The notes under the pieces are model-generated. The model was not told where the DNA came from, ran no database searches, and was given only the letters and a program-made list of their open reading frames with translations. A DNA stretch of 56,844 bases from positions 1-56,844 of the IMG/VR virus record IMGVR_UViG_3300045825_000531, one strand, 5' to 3'. Positions 29,735 through 39,073 of the stretch are shown piece after piece. The stretch is from a virus (lineage: Duplodnaviria; Caudoviricetes). The translations under genes were made by a program, and so were the position numbers. How positions within the stretch are numbered: position 1 is the stretch's first letter; every line of letters begins with the position of its first letter.

Positions 29735-30224
29735 AACATAATACCAATCTTTATATTTTTCATTAGTAGATTTAATTCGATTAGACAATGTGTTGTAGCA
29801 TATATCCATATTAATACATGCATCATTTACTGAACTATATATTACACCAGAAATATGAACCTTCTTCTTATTTTTAGTTCCTATATTTTCACGCTGGGAT
29901 TTAGGCATAACATAACCTTTATGAGATTCAGATAATTTTTTACGTGTCTCAACTGTTATTTTTCTTTCCTTTAATTTTTGACAATGTTCTCTAGCAGTTA
30001 AAAGAACAGAGTTCCAAGGATTTTCATTTAGATTAGAAAAGGGTTGGATTTATAGATTTTGGGATAATATGATGATTTTCATAATATACATAATTTAAAT
30101 CTTCTTTCTTTAGTTTTGAACGTATTTCATTTAATGCACGTTCTATGATAAGAAAGTAGTATTTAGAGTATTTAGTTGGTTCCTGAATGAACTCAGAAGT
30201 GTAGTTTTTGTATAAATATTGCAT
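29723..30224 (-). pseudogene. Decayed HNH/NUMOD homing endonuclease
   Basis: YENHHIIPKS followed by a stop at 30033; NSVLLTAREH and NUMOD3/NUMOD1 motifs continue in the +1 frame; apparent internal deletion after AREH. Confidence 0.8.
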
Positions 30225-30294
30225 GCTGCAGATCTCCAGGTTTGTAGAGACTATAGATGTTGGTAGCATCGTGATAGTCATTTTATGTATTTAT
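30213..30294 (-). repeat. Conserved structured leader, copy 1
   Basis: ATAAATA-N7-GACTATCAC[GATG..CATC]TATAGTCTCTACAAACC..GA.TGCAGC-ATG; matches copy 2. Confidence 0.85.
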
Positions 30295-30335
30295 TAAAAG
30301 AAAATTTATAATATTTTATTAAAAAAAGGAAAGAA

Positions 30336-31319
30336 ATGCTTCACGTTGACAAAAAACATTATCTATGGGCAGAAAAATACAGACCACAATGCGTTGATGA
30401 CATCATCTTACCGGAAAACGTAAAGAAACAGATGAGAACATGGATTAAGGATGGGCAGATTCCTAATATTGGATTATTTGGTTCAATTCCTGGTACCGGT
30501 AAAAGTACATTTGCTAATGTTATTCTCAAAGAATTAGATGCGGATTTCCTTTGGATTAATGCTTCCGCAGATGGTGGTATCGATAAGATGCGTACTGAGA
30601 TCCCAAAATTTGCACAAAGCGTTTCAGTAAATGGTCGTCCTAAAATTGTTGTTCTTGACGAAGCAGACAACCTAACTGCCGTTACGAATGGAGCACAATT
30701 CGCTATACGTGGTATCATTGAGAAGTATGCAGCCAATTGCCGTTTCCTACTTACAGGTAACTACAAGGAACGTATCATTGAACCTATATTGAATCGCCTT
30801 GTTAATTTTGATCTTGACGAGATGTCTCAGATGTATAAACAAGAAAACGCAAAAGAGATTCTTGGAAGGCTTAAATTCATCTTAAAAAATGAAAATGTAT
30901 CTTATGATCCTAAATCGTTAGGACCTATCATTACTTCATCATATCCAAGTATTCGTGAGATGACTGTAACTATTCAAAAACTCACAGTTGAAAATGATCA
31001 AGGTACATTAGAATTACTCACAAATGATAAAGTGTTTGAAAGTTCACAATTGATGCGTAAGCTTGCTGATGCAATTGTTATCCAGGATTTCTTTGAAGCA
31101 AGAAAAATTATTACTGAATTAGGTGATCATGATGCGTTTTATTCATTCATGTGGCGCCACATTGAAGAATATGTTGAAGAAGCAAGCATTCCACAGCTTG
31201 TATTAATTCTTGCAAACTTTCAAGATCAGTCATTAAGGGCACGTGATAAATCTGTTACATTGGCAGCATTTGTTGCAACAACATTGATGACAACAAACCT
31301 CAAATTTAAGAAAAAATAA
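30336..31319 (+). CDS. gp44: Clamp loader subunit
   Basis: WAEKYRP, PGTGKST, VLDEAD. Confidence 0.92.
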   Translation: MLHVDKKHYLWAEKYRPQCVDDIILPENVKKQMRTWIKDGQIPNIGLFGSIPGTGKSTFANVILKELDADFLWINASADGGIDKMRTEIPKFAQSVSVNGRPKIVVLDEADNLTAVTNGAQFAIRGIIEKYAANCRFLLTGNYKERIIEPILNRLVNFDLDEMSQMYKQENAKEILGRLKFILKNENVSYDPKSLGPIITSSYPSIREMTVTIQKLTVENDQGTLELLTNDKVFESSQLMRKLADAIVIQDFFEARKIITELGDHDAFYSFMWRHIEEYVEEASIPQLVLILANFQDQSLRARDKSVTLAAFVATTLMTTNLKFKKK

Positions 31320-31381
31320 TGTTATCTTAAGCATTAATATGTTATAATGATAACAGTTATCAATTACAAACAAGGAAAATA

Positions 31382-31774
31382 ATGACACCTACAGAATATA
31401 TTTCAAATGTCTTAAAGACAGAGAGCACTAAGGACCCGATTGTATCGGAGTTCGGTGTCAATTCACGTATTTTACATGCTTGCATGGGTACAACAACTGA
31501 GGCAGGTGAGCTTGTCGATGCCTGTAAAAAATCAATGTTCTATGGAAAACAATTAGACAAGGTAAACCTCGCTGAGGAAGCAGGTGATGTTCTTTGGTAT
31601 ATTGCTATTTTATGTGATGAACTTAATGTTACCTTTGAGGAATTATTCGAAGTGAACATCGCAAAATTGAAAAAAAGATATGGTGAGAAATTCTCAGATG
31701 ATAAAGCAGAAAATCGTGATTTAACTGCAGAACGTGAAATTCTTGAGTCCGGGCATTCAAACGTAAAGGAATAA
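31382..31774 (+). CDS. MazG-like nucleotide pyrophosphohydrolase
   Basis: EAGELVD..KK, EEAGDVLWY, NIAKLKKRY; promoter at 31327-31348. Confidence 0.9.
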   Translation: MTPTEYISNVLKTESTKDPIVSEFGVNSRILHACMGTTTEAGELVDACKKSMFYGKQLDKVNLAEEAGDVLWYIAILCDELNVTFEELFEVNIAKLKKRYGEKFSDDKAENRDLTAEREILESGHSNVKE

Positions 31775-31775
31775 T

Positions 31776-32621
31776 TTGAAGAAGAACGATTTTGATTTCC
31801 CACCAATGCCAATGCCACATAATGATAATATGAAGAACAATGAGTTTCACACCTTGTTCTCAAAGGATGTTCCTGCAGAATCAATGATGATTTCACCAGG
31901 ATATAAAAAACATACATTCTACCTAACAGATTTTGCTGAGTATGGACGTGGTTTACATGAGGTTTACAACTCGCTTCGTGATGCAGGTGAAAATGACTTG
32001 CTTGAAATTCGTATTAGTTCACCAGGTGGATTCGTAACTGAAGGTCAAACATTATATAATCTTATTCAAGAAATGTTTACTGACCGTTGTATAACAATCC
32101 TTGACCCTGAAGGTTATTCAATGGGTGCATTAGCATTCTGTATGGGTGATTATCGTGTATGTTATGAGAACAGCTCAATCATGTATCACAACTATAGTGC
32201 GGGTACGGGTGGAAAAGGTCATGAGATTATTGCACATGTTAAACACATGGACAAGTCACTTAAAATGTTCTTTGATACAATCGTAATTGGTTTATCCGAT
32301 GAGGAAAAAGAAGTACTTTATGCGGGTGGTGATTTCTGGTTTGATACTCAAGAAATGTGTGAGCGCAAAATCTGTACTGCAGTTATGGTAGGACCTCACA
32401 TTTTTTCAGCGGAAGAATATCTCATGTTGATTAAGCGTATGAACAAGGAAGCAAAAAAATTAGGAATCAAAAAACCTAAAACATTGATGCAGGCAAAGAA
32501 ATTTCATGACATTGATGTTATTACACCATTCCTTGAGGAACAAGAAGAAAAAGAACGTCGTGAACATGAAGAACACGAGAATCCAAAAAAGAAAAAAACA
32601 AAGAAAAAGGATAAAGAATGA
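31776..32621 (+). CDS. ClpP-like protease
   Basis: ISSPGG, YSMG (Ser), IMYHN (His), GDFWF (Asp). Confidence 0.82.
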   Translation: MKKNDFDFPPMPMPHNDNMKNNEFHTLFSKDVPAESMMISPGYKKHTFYLTDFAEYGRGLHEVYNSLRDAGENDLLEIRISSPGGFVTEGQTLYNLIQEMFTDRCITILDPEGYSMGALAFCMGDYRVCYENSSIMYHNYSAGTGGKGHEIIAHVKHMDKSLKMFFDTIVIGLSDEEKEVLYAGGDFWFDTQEMCERKICTAVMVGPHIFSAEEYLMLIKRMNKEAKKLGIKKPKTLMQAKKFHDIDVITPFLEEQEEKERREHEEHENPKKKKTKKKDKE

Positions 32622-33232
32622 GTGATATTATTGAACCACAGGAAGTTAGTGCTGACCCAGTACAAATTATTTGTATCCTAGACCGTAGTGGGTCTATGGG
32701 TTCGTTAGCATCTGATGTAATCGGATCGTATAATACTTTTATTGAACAACAAAAAAATGAACCAGGTGAAGCCGAAGTTACCCTTGTATTGTTCGATACA
32801 ATGTATGAAGTTGTTTATGATAAAATTGATGTCAAAAATGTTCCTGAATTAACAAAAGAAGTTTATTTTGCTCGTGGTGGCACAGCATTGTTGGATGCAA
32901 TTGGTCGTGCTGTTTCAACATGTACAGCTAAAGATGCAATGGTTCTTATTCAAACTGATGGTGAAGAAAATTCAAGTCGTGAATATACTAAAGATATGAT
33001 TAAGAAATTGATTGATGAAAAAGAAACTGCGGGTTGGGATTTTATTTTCCTTGGTGCTAACATTGACGCTATTTCTGCAGGTGATTCTTTCGGTATGAAA
33101 ATGGGTAAATCAGTTCAATACACTGCAAATTCAGTTGGTATGAAAGTTGCCTTTGATACTATGTCCAATGCAACTTCATTATATCGCTCAAGTAAAATGG
33201 ATAATATTTCAAATTTAGTTGCGAAGTCATAA
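32618..33232 (+). CDS. vWA-domain protein
   Basis: ILDRSGSM, GGTALLDAIG, TDGEENSS, FLGAN. Confidence 0.9.
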   Translation: MSDIIEPQEVSADPVQIICILDRSGSMGSLASDVIGSYNTFIEQQKNEPGEAEVTLVLFDTMYEVVYDKIDVKNVPELTKEVYFARGGTALLDAIGRAVSTCTAKDAMVLIQTDGEENSSREYTKDMIKKLIDEKETAGWDFIFLGANIDAISAGDSFGMKMGKSVQYTANSVGMKVAFDTMSNATSLYRSSKMDNISNLVAKS

Positions 33233-33282
33233 GACCTTAAGTGGTTTTATGATATAATTAACAAACTAAATAAAGGAAATAT

Positions 33283-33846
33283 ATGAAATGGATTATTGAT
33301 AAAGTAGTTGGTGAATTTGATTACGGTCATAATGTTTGGACTCAAGAACTCGATGAAGAGTTGAGTTGTGGTAGTCAATGTAAATGTAAATGGCGTCATG
33401 GTCATAGAGGAAAAGTAGTAGCTTATTTAGAAGCAAATGAATTATCCGGATCTTCAAAGAACATGGTGGTGGATTTTAATGATATGAAGATAATGACTAA
33501 ATTCATTGACAGTACTTTAGATCACAAATATTTAATTGATATTAATGACCCAGCTAATTTTGATACCTTTTCACATTTTTGGGTTGATGGATCTTTCAAA
33601 CAGGTTTTAGTTAAAATGCCGGAAGGTCATTACTTAATAGATCCTATTTTTTGGAAAGATTTAGACCCAATTCTTCAAACTAAATATGAAAGTTATGTGA
33701 TTCTCGATTTTGTTCCAACATCTGAAAATCTTAGTAAATGGATGTTTGAAGTTATGTCTATGAAAATAGATAGCACTGGAGTTAAAGTTCATAAAATTGA
33801 ATGGTATGAAACACCAAAATCTCGTGCTACTTATTATGGGGATTAA
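33283..33846 (+). CDS. queD: 6-carboxy-tetrahydropterin synthase
   Basis: CKWRHGH, MVVDF, LDH, PTSENL, WYETP. Confidence 0.9.
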   Translation: MKWIIDKVVGEFDYGHNVWTQELDEELSCGSQCKCKWRHGHRGKVVAYLEANELSGSSKNMVVDFNDMKIMTKFIDSTLDHKYLIDINDPANFDTFSHFWVDGSFKQVLVKMPEGHYLIDPIFWKDLDPILQTKYESYVILDFVPTSENLSKWMFEVMSMKIDSTGVKVHKIEWYETPKSRATYYGD

Positions 33847-34588
33847 CTCTTTTTAATTCATTTATTTTCCATCCTAAAAGTTTTACTTTAGATGGAAATA
33901 TATGGAAACTATTATCTTTTGAGCTTGTAGGCGATATTATTCCTCTATTAACCCAATTTCTTAATATGTTTATAGATAGCTCATTTTCTTCTGCGAAAGA
34001 TTTTAGATTTCCGTGAATGAAGTAATCATTATTTTTATTATCGGTTATAATATAAATTTTCGCCGAAGGATTAGAAGAACCTTTGACTCTATTAGACAGT
34101 TCTAATTTTCTTTGTTCTCCTTTTTTGCTATCCCATTGTTTAGTTTTTATCATATCAGATAAATGTGCTCTATTTTCGTCATTATCCCAAAATGTATTAT
34201 TCCATATTCTCATATCTTCAGAACCTCTTCCATCTCCTCCGTCGGTTATATTGGTGAGAGGGCCTGAGTCAAGAATAAGTCTACCTATTTTAGATATTAA
34301 ATATTTTTCTTTGTCTTTAACAAAGCCATTTTCACTATCTTTATTTAGGAAGATAGTAATATCTTCTATAGAAAAATGTTTTAAACAATTTCTAAGTTTA
34401 TTAGATTTTCTTGTTCTAGAATGAGGTAACTCATATATGTGATTTTTGTATCTATTTAATTTACCTTTCCCAACATAGAAAGGTTCATAAAGAAAAGAGA
34501 AATTTAAACCTTCGTAATGATAATTTCCTGGTTTATTCAAATCTACGAATATATAGTTATAGTATGAGTTTTGTGATAAATATTGCAT
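33827..34588 (-). CDS. GIY-YIG homing endonuclease
   Basis: YNYIF, PFYVGKGK..R...H, E..LI..IGR, GPLTNITDGGDG. Confidence 0.85.
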   Translation of the reverse strand: MQYLSQNSYYNYIFVDLNKPGNYHYEGLNFSFLYEPFYVGKGKLNRYKNHIYELPHSRTRKSNKLRNCLKHFSIEDITIFLNKDSENGFVKDKEKYLISKIGRLILDSGPLTNITDGGDGRGSEDMRIWNNTFWDNDENRAHLSDMIKTKQWDSKKGEQRKLELSNRVKGSSNPSAKIYIITDNKNNDYFIHGNLKSFAEENELSINILRNWVNRGIISPTSSKDNSFHIFPSKVKLLGWKINELKRVNPHNK

Positions 34589-34659
34589 GCTGCAGATTCC
34601 TTGGTTTGTAGAGACTATAGTGAGGCCTAATTCACGTGATAGTCTTTTTATTATTTATA
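34577..34659 (-). repeat. Conserved structured leader, copy 2
   Basis: Same as 30213-30294 but with the covarying inner stem GTGA/TCAC. Confidence 0.85.
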
Positions 34660-34679
34660 AAATTATTTAAAGGAATTTA

Positions 34680-35534
34680 ATGTCATTAATCGACAGACTA
34701 AAAAAGAGTTCAAAAATCGACCAAGTTGCAGTATTTAGTAAATCTACAATGTGTTTACCAAAAGATTTTATTCAAACCAAGATTCCACTGTTGAATCTTG
34801 CGTTATCAGGTGATGTAGATGGTGGGTTAACATCAGGATTAACAATCATTGCAGGTCCTAGTAGACATTACAAATCAAATTATGGGTTGTCAATGGTATC
34901 GGCATTCCAAAAGAAATTCCCCGAAGGAATTGTTATTTTTTATGACTCAGAATTTGGTAGTACTGAGGATTATTTCAAAGCAAATGATGTAGATCCTGAG
35001 CGTGTATTGCATTGTCCAATTACTAATATCGAAGAACTTAAATTTGATATTATGAATCAGATTGATACTTTTGAAAAGAATGATAAAATCATGTTCTTTA
35101 TTGACTCAATTGGTAACCTTGCGAGTAAGAAAGAGGTTGAAGATGCGTTGAAAGAAAATGCTGCTGCTGATATGACCCGTGCTAAGCAGTTCAAATCATT
35201 GTTCCGTATGGTAACTCCTCACCTCACGCTAAAAGATATTCCTATGGTTGCGATTAACCATACTTATCAATGTGGGACAGAAAAAATGACCGTAACCACC
35301 CCAGACGGTAAAGTATCTATTAAAGATATTAAACAAGGTGATATAGTTCTTACGACTAACGGTTATGAAGAAGTAATGTTCACCACTATTGGTGAGAATG
35401 CTTTTATAACCGAAATAGAACTAGAGAATGGTGATATTTTAGAATTTACCGAAGGTCATAGATTTATGGTTAATGGGGAATGGAAATATGTAGCCGATTT
35501 AGAAGTAGGTATGAGTATTGATAGTGTTTCATAA
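34680..35534 (+). CDS. uvsX: UvsX/RecA N-extein fused to split N-intein (from C198, nt 35271)
   Basis: AGPSRHYKS, YDSEFG, DSIGN, INHTYQ then CGT...FTEGHRF intein blocks A and B. Confidence 0.93.
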   Translation: MSLIDRLKKSSKIDQVAVFSKSTMCLPKDFIQTKIPLLNLALSGDVDGGLTSGLTIIAGPSRHYKSNYGLSMVSAFQKKFPEGIVIFYDSEFGSTEDYFKANDVDPERVLHCPITNIEELKFDIMNQIDTFEKNDKIMFFIDSIGNLASKKEVEDALKENAAADMTRAKQFKSLFRMVTPHLTLKDIPMVAINHTYQCGTEKMTVTTPDGKVSIKDIKQGDIVLTTNGYEEVMFTTIGENAFITEIELENGDILEFTEGHRFMVNGEWKYVADLEVGMSIDSVS

Positions 35535-35545
35535 GTATGATTAAC

Positions 35546-35581
35546 ATAAATAATAGTATATAAAATTAGGAGTATACTATG
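35546..35581 (+). promoter_or_regulatory. Late promoter and RBS/ATG-sequestering hairpin
   Basis: CATAAATA overlapping ATAGTATA-loop(AGGAG)-TATACTAT(G). Confidence 0.7.
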
Positions 35582-36376
35582 TTTAGGTTAATGATTAAAA
35601 CCTCAAATCAAGGTTTAAAATATCTATGTGTTACAAAAAGAGATGATTATGAGGAATATAAAGGTTCTGGTAGAGATTGGAAACAACATTTATCCATCTA
35701 TGGAGATGATATAACTACTTTAGTTTTATATGAAACGGAATCTTCTATTGAACTATCAGATGTTGGGATGTTTTATAGTAATTTTTATGACATAGTAGAT
35801 TCCAAAGAATGGGCTAATGTTGTTAAAGAAGAAGGATATAAACATTTTAATAGATTTAATCATTGGTGTGTTTATGATAATTCTGTTAGTGATAAGATTT
35901 CAGAAGCACAAACTAAGATGTTTCAAAAAATGTCCAAAGATGAAAAAGCTGAATATACTTCTAGGTGGAGAAAAGGTTCTGAAATATGGAGAGAGAATTT
36001 ATCTCAGGAAGAATATGTGATATATTGTTTGAAGTTAAGCGAAGCTCAGAAAATGTATTATCAAAATATGGATGAAGATGAGCGAATTAAGCTATCCGAA
36101 AAAAATAGGAATATGCGTTTAAATATGTCTGAAGAAAGTAAACAATCAAGGAAAGAAAAAATTCAAGAAGTTTATGCTACAGGTAAACATCAACATATTT
36201 TCGATAAATTTAGTGAGGAGAGACAAGGAGGTAACAACCCTTGCTCTAAAAAAGTATCTATCCAAGGGGTTGTTTATGGATGCATAAAAGATGCTTGCGA
36301 CGAGTTGAATATAACAAGGGCAATCTTAAATGGTAGATTAAAATCAGAAAAATATCCTGATTATATAAGAATTTAA
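35579..36376 (+). CDS. GIY-YIG (Seg-like) homing endonuclease between split-intein halves
   Basis: GLKYLCVT...YKGSG..W..HL..YG; C-terminal NUMOD1-like KKVSIQGVVY..IKDA. Confidence 0.8.
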   Translation: MFRLMIKTSNQGLKYLCVTKRDDYEEYKGSGRDWKQHLSIYGDDITTLVLYETESSIELSDVGMFYSNFYDIVDSKEWANVVKEEGYKHFNRFNHWCVYDNSVSDKISEAQTKMFQKMSKDEKAEYTSRWRKGSEIWRENLSQEEYVIYCLKLSEAQKMYYQNMDEDERIKLSEKNRNMRLNMSEESKQSRKEKIQEVYATGKHQHIFDKFSEERQGGNNPCSKKVSIQGVVYGCIKDACDELNITRAILNGRLKSEKYPDYIRI

Positions 36377-36385
36377 AGGAATAAA

Positions 36386-36949
36386 ATGAAAATTAAAAGT
36401 ATTACTCACAATAAACGAAAAGAAACAGTTTATGATTTTGAGACTCCATCTCATTCATATATTTTAGGAAATGGATTAATTTCTCATAATACCCAAGAAA
36501 TGTTCTCAAAAACAATTGTATCAGGTGGTACGGGTATTATGCTTTCAGCAAACACTGTATTGATTATCGGGCGTTCTCAGAACAAAAAAGGAACTGAGTT
36601 AGAAGGTTATACATTTACTATCAATATTGAAAAATCACGTTTCGTTAAAGAAAAATCTAAGTTTCAAATTGAAGTTGCGTTTGATGAGGGTATTGTCGAA
36701 TACAGTGGTTTATTGGATGATGCAGTCGAAGGTGGTTATGTTGATAAACCTAAAGTTGGTTGGTATACTCGACCATGTGTTCCTGATGATAAAAATTATC
36801 GTGAGAAAGATACAAAAACTGAAGAATTTTGGACACCGGTATTTGCAAACACAGATTTCAAAAAATACCTAACGAAAAAATATAAACTATCAACAGATTT
36901 TTTACCTTCATTAGAAATTGATGAAATTGTTGATGAAGATGACATTTAA
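36386..36949 (+). CDS. uvsX: Split C-intein (35 aa) fused to UvsX C-extein
   Basis: MKIKSI...VYDFET..HSY..NGLISHN|TQEMFSK; the remainder matches the T4 UvsX C-terminus (EKSR.VKEKSKF, YSGLLD). Confidence 0.93.
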   Translation: MKIKSITHNKRKETVYDFETPSHSYILGNGLISHNTQEMFSKTIVSGGTGIMLSANTVLIIGRSQNKKGTELEGYTFTINIEKSRFVKEKSKFQIEVAFDEGIVEYSGLLDDAVEGGYVDKPKVGWYTRPCVPDDKNYREKDTKTEEFWTPVFANTDFKKYLTKKYKLSTDFLPSLEIDEIVDEDDI

Positions 36950-37406
36950 AAATCTTGTAACTGAAAAAGGTACATATGCAGCTGTTAAGGTTTCTCCTAC
37001 AGCTGCCGGTAATATTATAGACACAGCAAAAAATTTAGGAATTCCTAATCTAATAAACCCCTCAGATATTCATTGTACATTACTTTATTCAAGAAAACAC
37101 GCTCCTTTATCTGGTAGTATTGATGTTGATTATGATGCATTGATTTCAAATTTTGAATTGTTTGGTGATAACAAAGAAATATTAGTAATAAAACTATTAT
37201 CAAGTGATATTAAGGAAAGACATAAGTTTCTAATGGATACATATGATGCAACTTATGACTATGATGAATATATACCTCATATCACATTATCTTATAATAT
37301 TGATAAATTTGATGTTAACAGTATTGATATAAATGCATTTAATAATTCAGATTTTAAATTCATATATGAATACTATGAAGATTTAGATCTAACAAAAAAT
37401 TTATAG
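36939..37406 (+). CDS. acb1: Anti-CBASS 2H phosphodiesterase Acb1 (T4 gp57B-like)
   Basis: G.Y.A.K, IHCTLLYSR, ATYDYDEYIPHITLSY. Confidence 0.87.
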   Translation: MTFKNLVTEKGTYAAVKVSPTAAGNIIDTAKNLGIPNLINPSDIHCTLLYSRKHAPLSGSIDVDYDALISNFELFGDNKEILVIKLLSSDIKERHKFLMDTYDATYDYDEYIPHITLSYNIDKFDVNSIDINAFNNSDFKFIYEYYEDLDLTKNL

Positions 37407-37451
37407 AATTTTTTATCAATAAATACAGAAAAATATATGTGAGGAAACCCT

Positions 37452-38012
37452 ATGGTTCAATTTAGTACATTTAAAGAACAGACAGAATATAACGAATCAG
37501 TTCAAAAATTGATGCTTGCAATTCATTTTTCTGATTCTATGAATGAGTCAGAAATTAATGAGGCATCAATCGGTGATTATGCTAGTAAAATCGGCTTAAA
37601 GATTTCAAAAGGAAATGGATTAATCGATTATCTTATTAAGTTTACTTCAGGAGCTGGTAAAATGTTGATGGCAGCAATCAAAGGTGATGAACCAAAGGTA
37701 CGTGAGATTTCAGGTCAAATGAGCAAAGCAGATTTTGTTGACTTCCTATTGAAACTAGATACTGTTACAATGCATCTTGTTACTGGACCTATTCATATGA
37801 TTGATGCAATTACTGGTTGGGATATTTTGGCAAATATTGCACACGGAGCACATGTTGCTAAAGAAAAAGTTGTAAAATCTTTCAAAGATGCGCTTGATTA
37901 TGTTAAAGACAAGATTGATAATTTTATGGCACCTGGCGATAAAAAATCTGAGATGGAAAATCACGTTGATATTATTGCAAAACTAGCAGATCCTGCCTTA
38001 CTTGCAGTATAA
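37452..38012 (+). CDS. Putative internal virion protein
   Basis: Late promoter-like AATAAATA; start MVQFSTFKE; internal INE motif. Confidence 0.55.
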   Translation: MVQFSTFKEQTEYNESVQKLMLAIHFSDSMNESEINEASIGDYASKIGLKISKGNGLIDYLIKFTSGAGKMLMAAIKGDEPKVREISGQMSKADFVDFLLKLDTVTMHLVTGPIHMIDAITGWDILANIAHGAHVAKEKVVKSFKDALDYVKDKIDNFMAPGDKKSEMENHVDIIAKLADPALLAV

Positions 38013-38056
38013 ATAAATAAATTCAATTAAAGATATAAAATCGAGGATGGTGTATT

Positions 38057-39073
38057 ATTTGTGTTATAGTAGCGGTGAAACTCCCAAGAAATAAAAAAAC
38101 AGGTCTTCCTGAAAAAGATGCACAATGGCGTATAGCCAAAATCCGTGATAGAACTTATGCCCCAACATATAGACTTAAACGCTATACAGTTTCAGAAGTA
38201 GGTGCCTCACAGATTTTCCTAGTTGACCTTGATACGGATTGGACCGAGGGACTTTCTGTACACGAAGATGGTTCATACTTAGGTATGGTAAATTCCGCAT
38301 TGAATAATTCAAGCGACAAGAAAGACGATGGTTCATCAAAAGCAAAGAAATCTGGCGAAGGTGTTACCTCAGTAAACGGTAAAGCAATTCGTCGTGCATT
38401 AAAGCAACATAATATCGAAAAAGCTGTAGATATTCTTAAGGAATATAAATTCGACGGTAACACATTCTTGACAGATGGTAAACGTCTGTTTATTATGGAA
38501 ACATACCTTCCTTCTGATGTTAAAGACAAATATAGAGATAAAATCGAAGGTACTGATAAGAGATTTGAAGATGTAGTTCCTGCTGATGAATATATAGTGT
38601 CTACAAAGGAAATTAAAAAAGATTTCCTAGTTGTACGTGCAAACTCAGGTGTTCTTGATTCTGATGGTGGTTATGTAGAAGTCGATGGTGATAGTTTTGA
38701 GTCAAGCCAAAAACGTCGTGAATATGCAATGAAGTTCGTAGAAGAACAAGTTTATGAGCCAATGGATTTGATTTCTACATTGAGTCACCTTGGTAGAGAT
38801 ACTATTGATAAAAACCCATTCTTTAGACCAGTTCGTTTGAAAGGTAAAGCATTATCTAAAGATAATCCAGATGTTCAAATTTTCAGTACATCAATTGTTC
38901 AATTAGACCCAAGTGGTGTAATGTTCTTAAAACCAATTGAATGTAAAGTAGAAGATGTGAGTATCAATAAACTGGTATCTGGAAAATATCTGGCAAACTT
39001 AGTTATACTACCTGACCGTAATAAATTATTTGAAGGTGTTAAATTCAAATCATTCGTTCTTATACATGATTAA
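38057..39073 (+). CDS. N-terminal nucleophile (Ntn) hydrolase-like protein, probable ATT start
   Basis: ATT-TGT-GTT-ATA-GTA-GCG gives (M)CVIVAVK...AKIRDR and WTEGL, typical of Cys-Ntn hydrolases. Confidence 0.6.
   Translation: MCVIVAVKLPRNKKTGLPEKDAQWRIAKIRDRTYAPTYRLKRYTVSEVGASQIFLVDLDTDWTEGLSVHEDGSYLGMVNSALNNSSDKKDDGSSKAKKSGEGVTSVNGKAIRRALKQHNIEKAVDILKEYKFDGNTFLTDGKRLFIMETYLPSDVKDKYRDKIEGTDKRFEDVVPADEYIVSTKEIKKDFLVVRANSGVLDSDGGYVEVDGDSFESSQKRREYAMKFVEEQVYEPMDLISTLSHLGRDTIDKNPFFRPVRLKGKALSKDNPDVQIFSTSIVQLDPSGVMFLKPIECKVEDVSINKLVSGKYLANLVILPDRNKLFEGVKFKSFVLIHD

Noticed and set aside
30030-30045. Programmed +1 frameshift (CTT TTC TAA) restoring the HNH
   Set aside because: The shifted product still lacks part of the HNH active site, so decay is the simpler explanation
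35535-36385. Self-splicing intron splitting uvsX
   Set aside because: No group I P7 or group II motifs and almost no non-coding space; the IntC gene has its own AAGGA RBS
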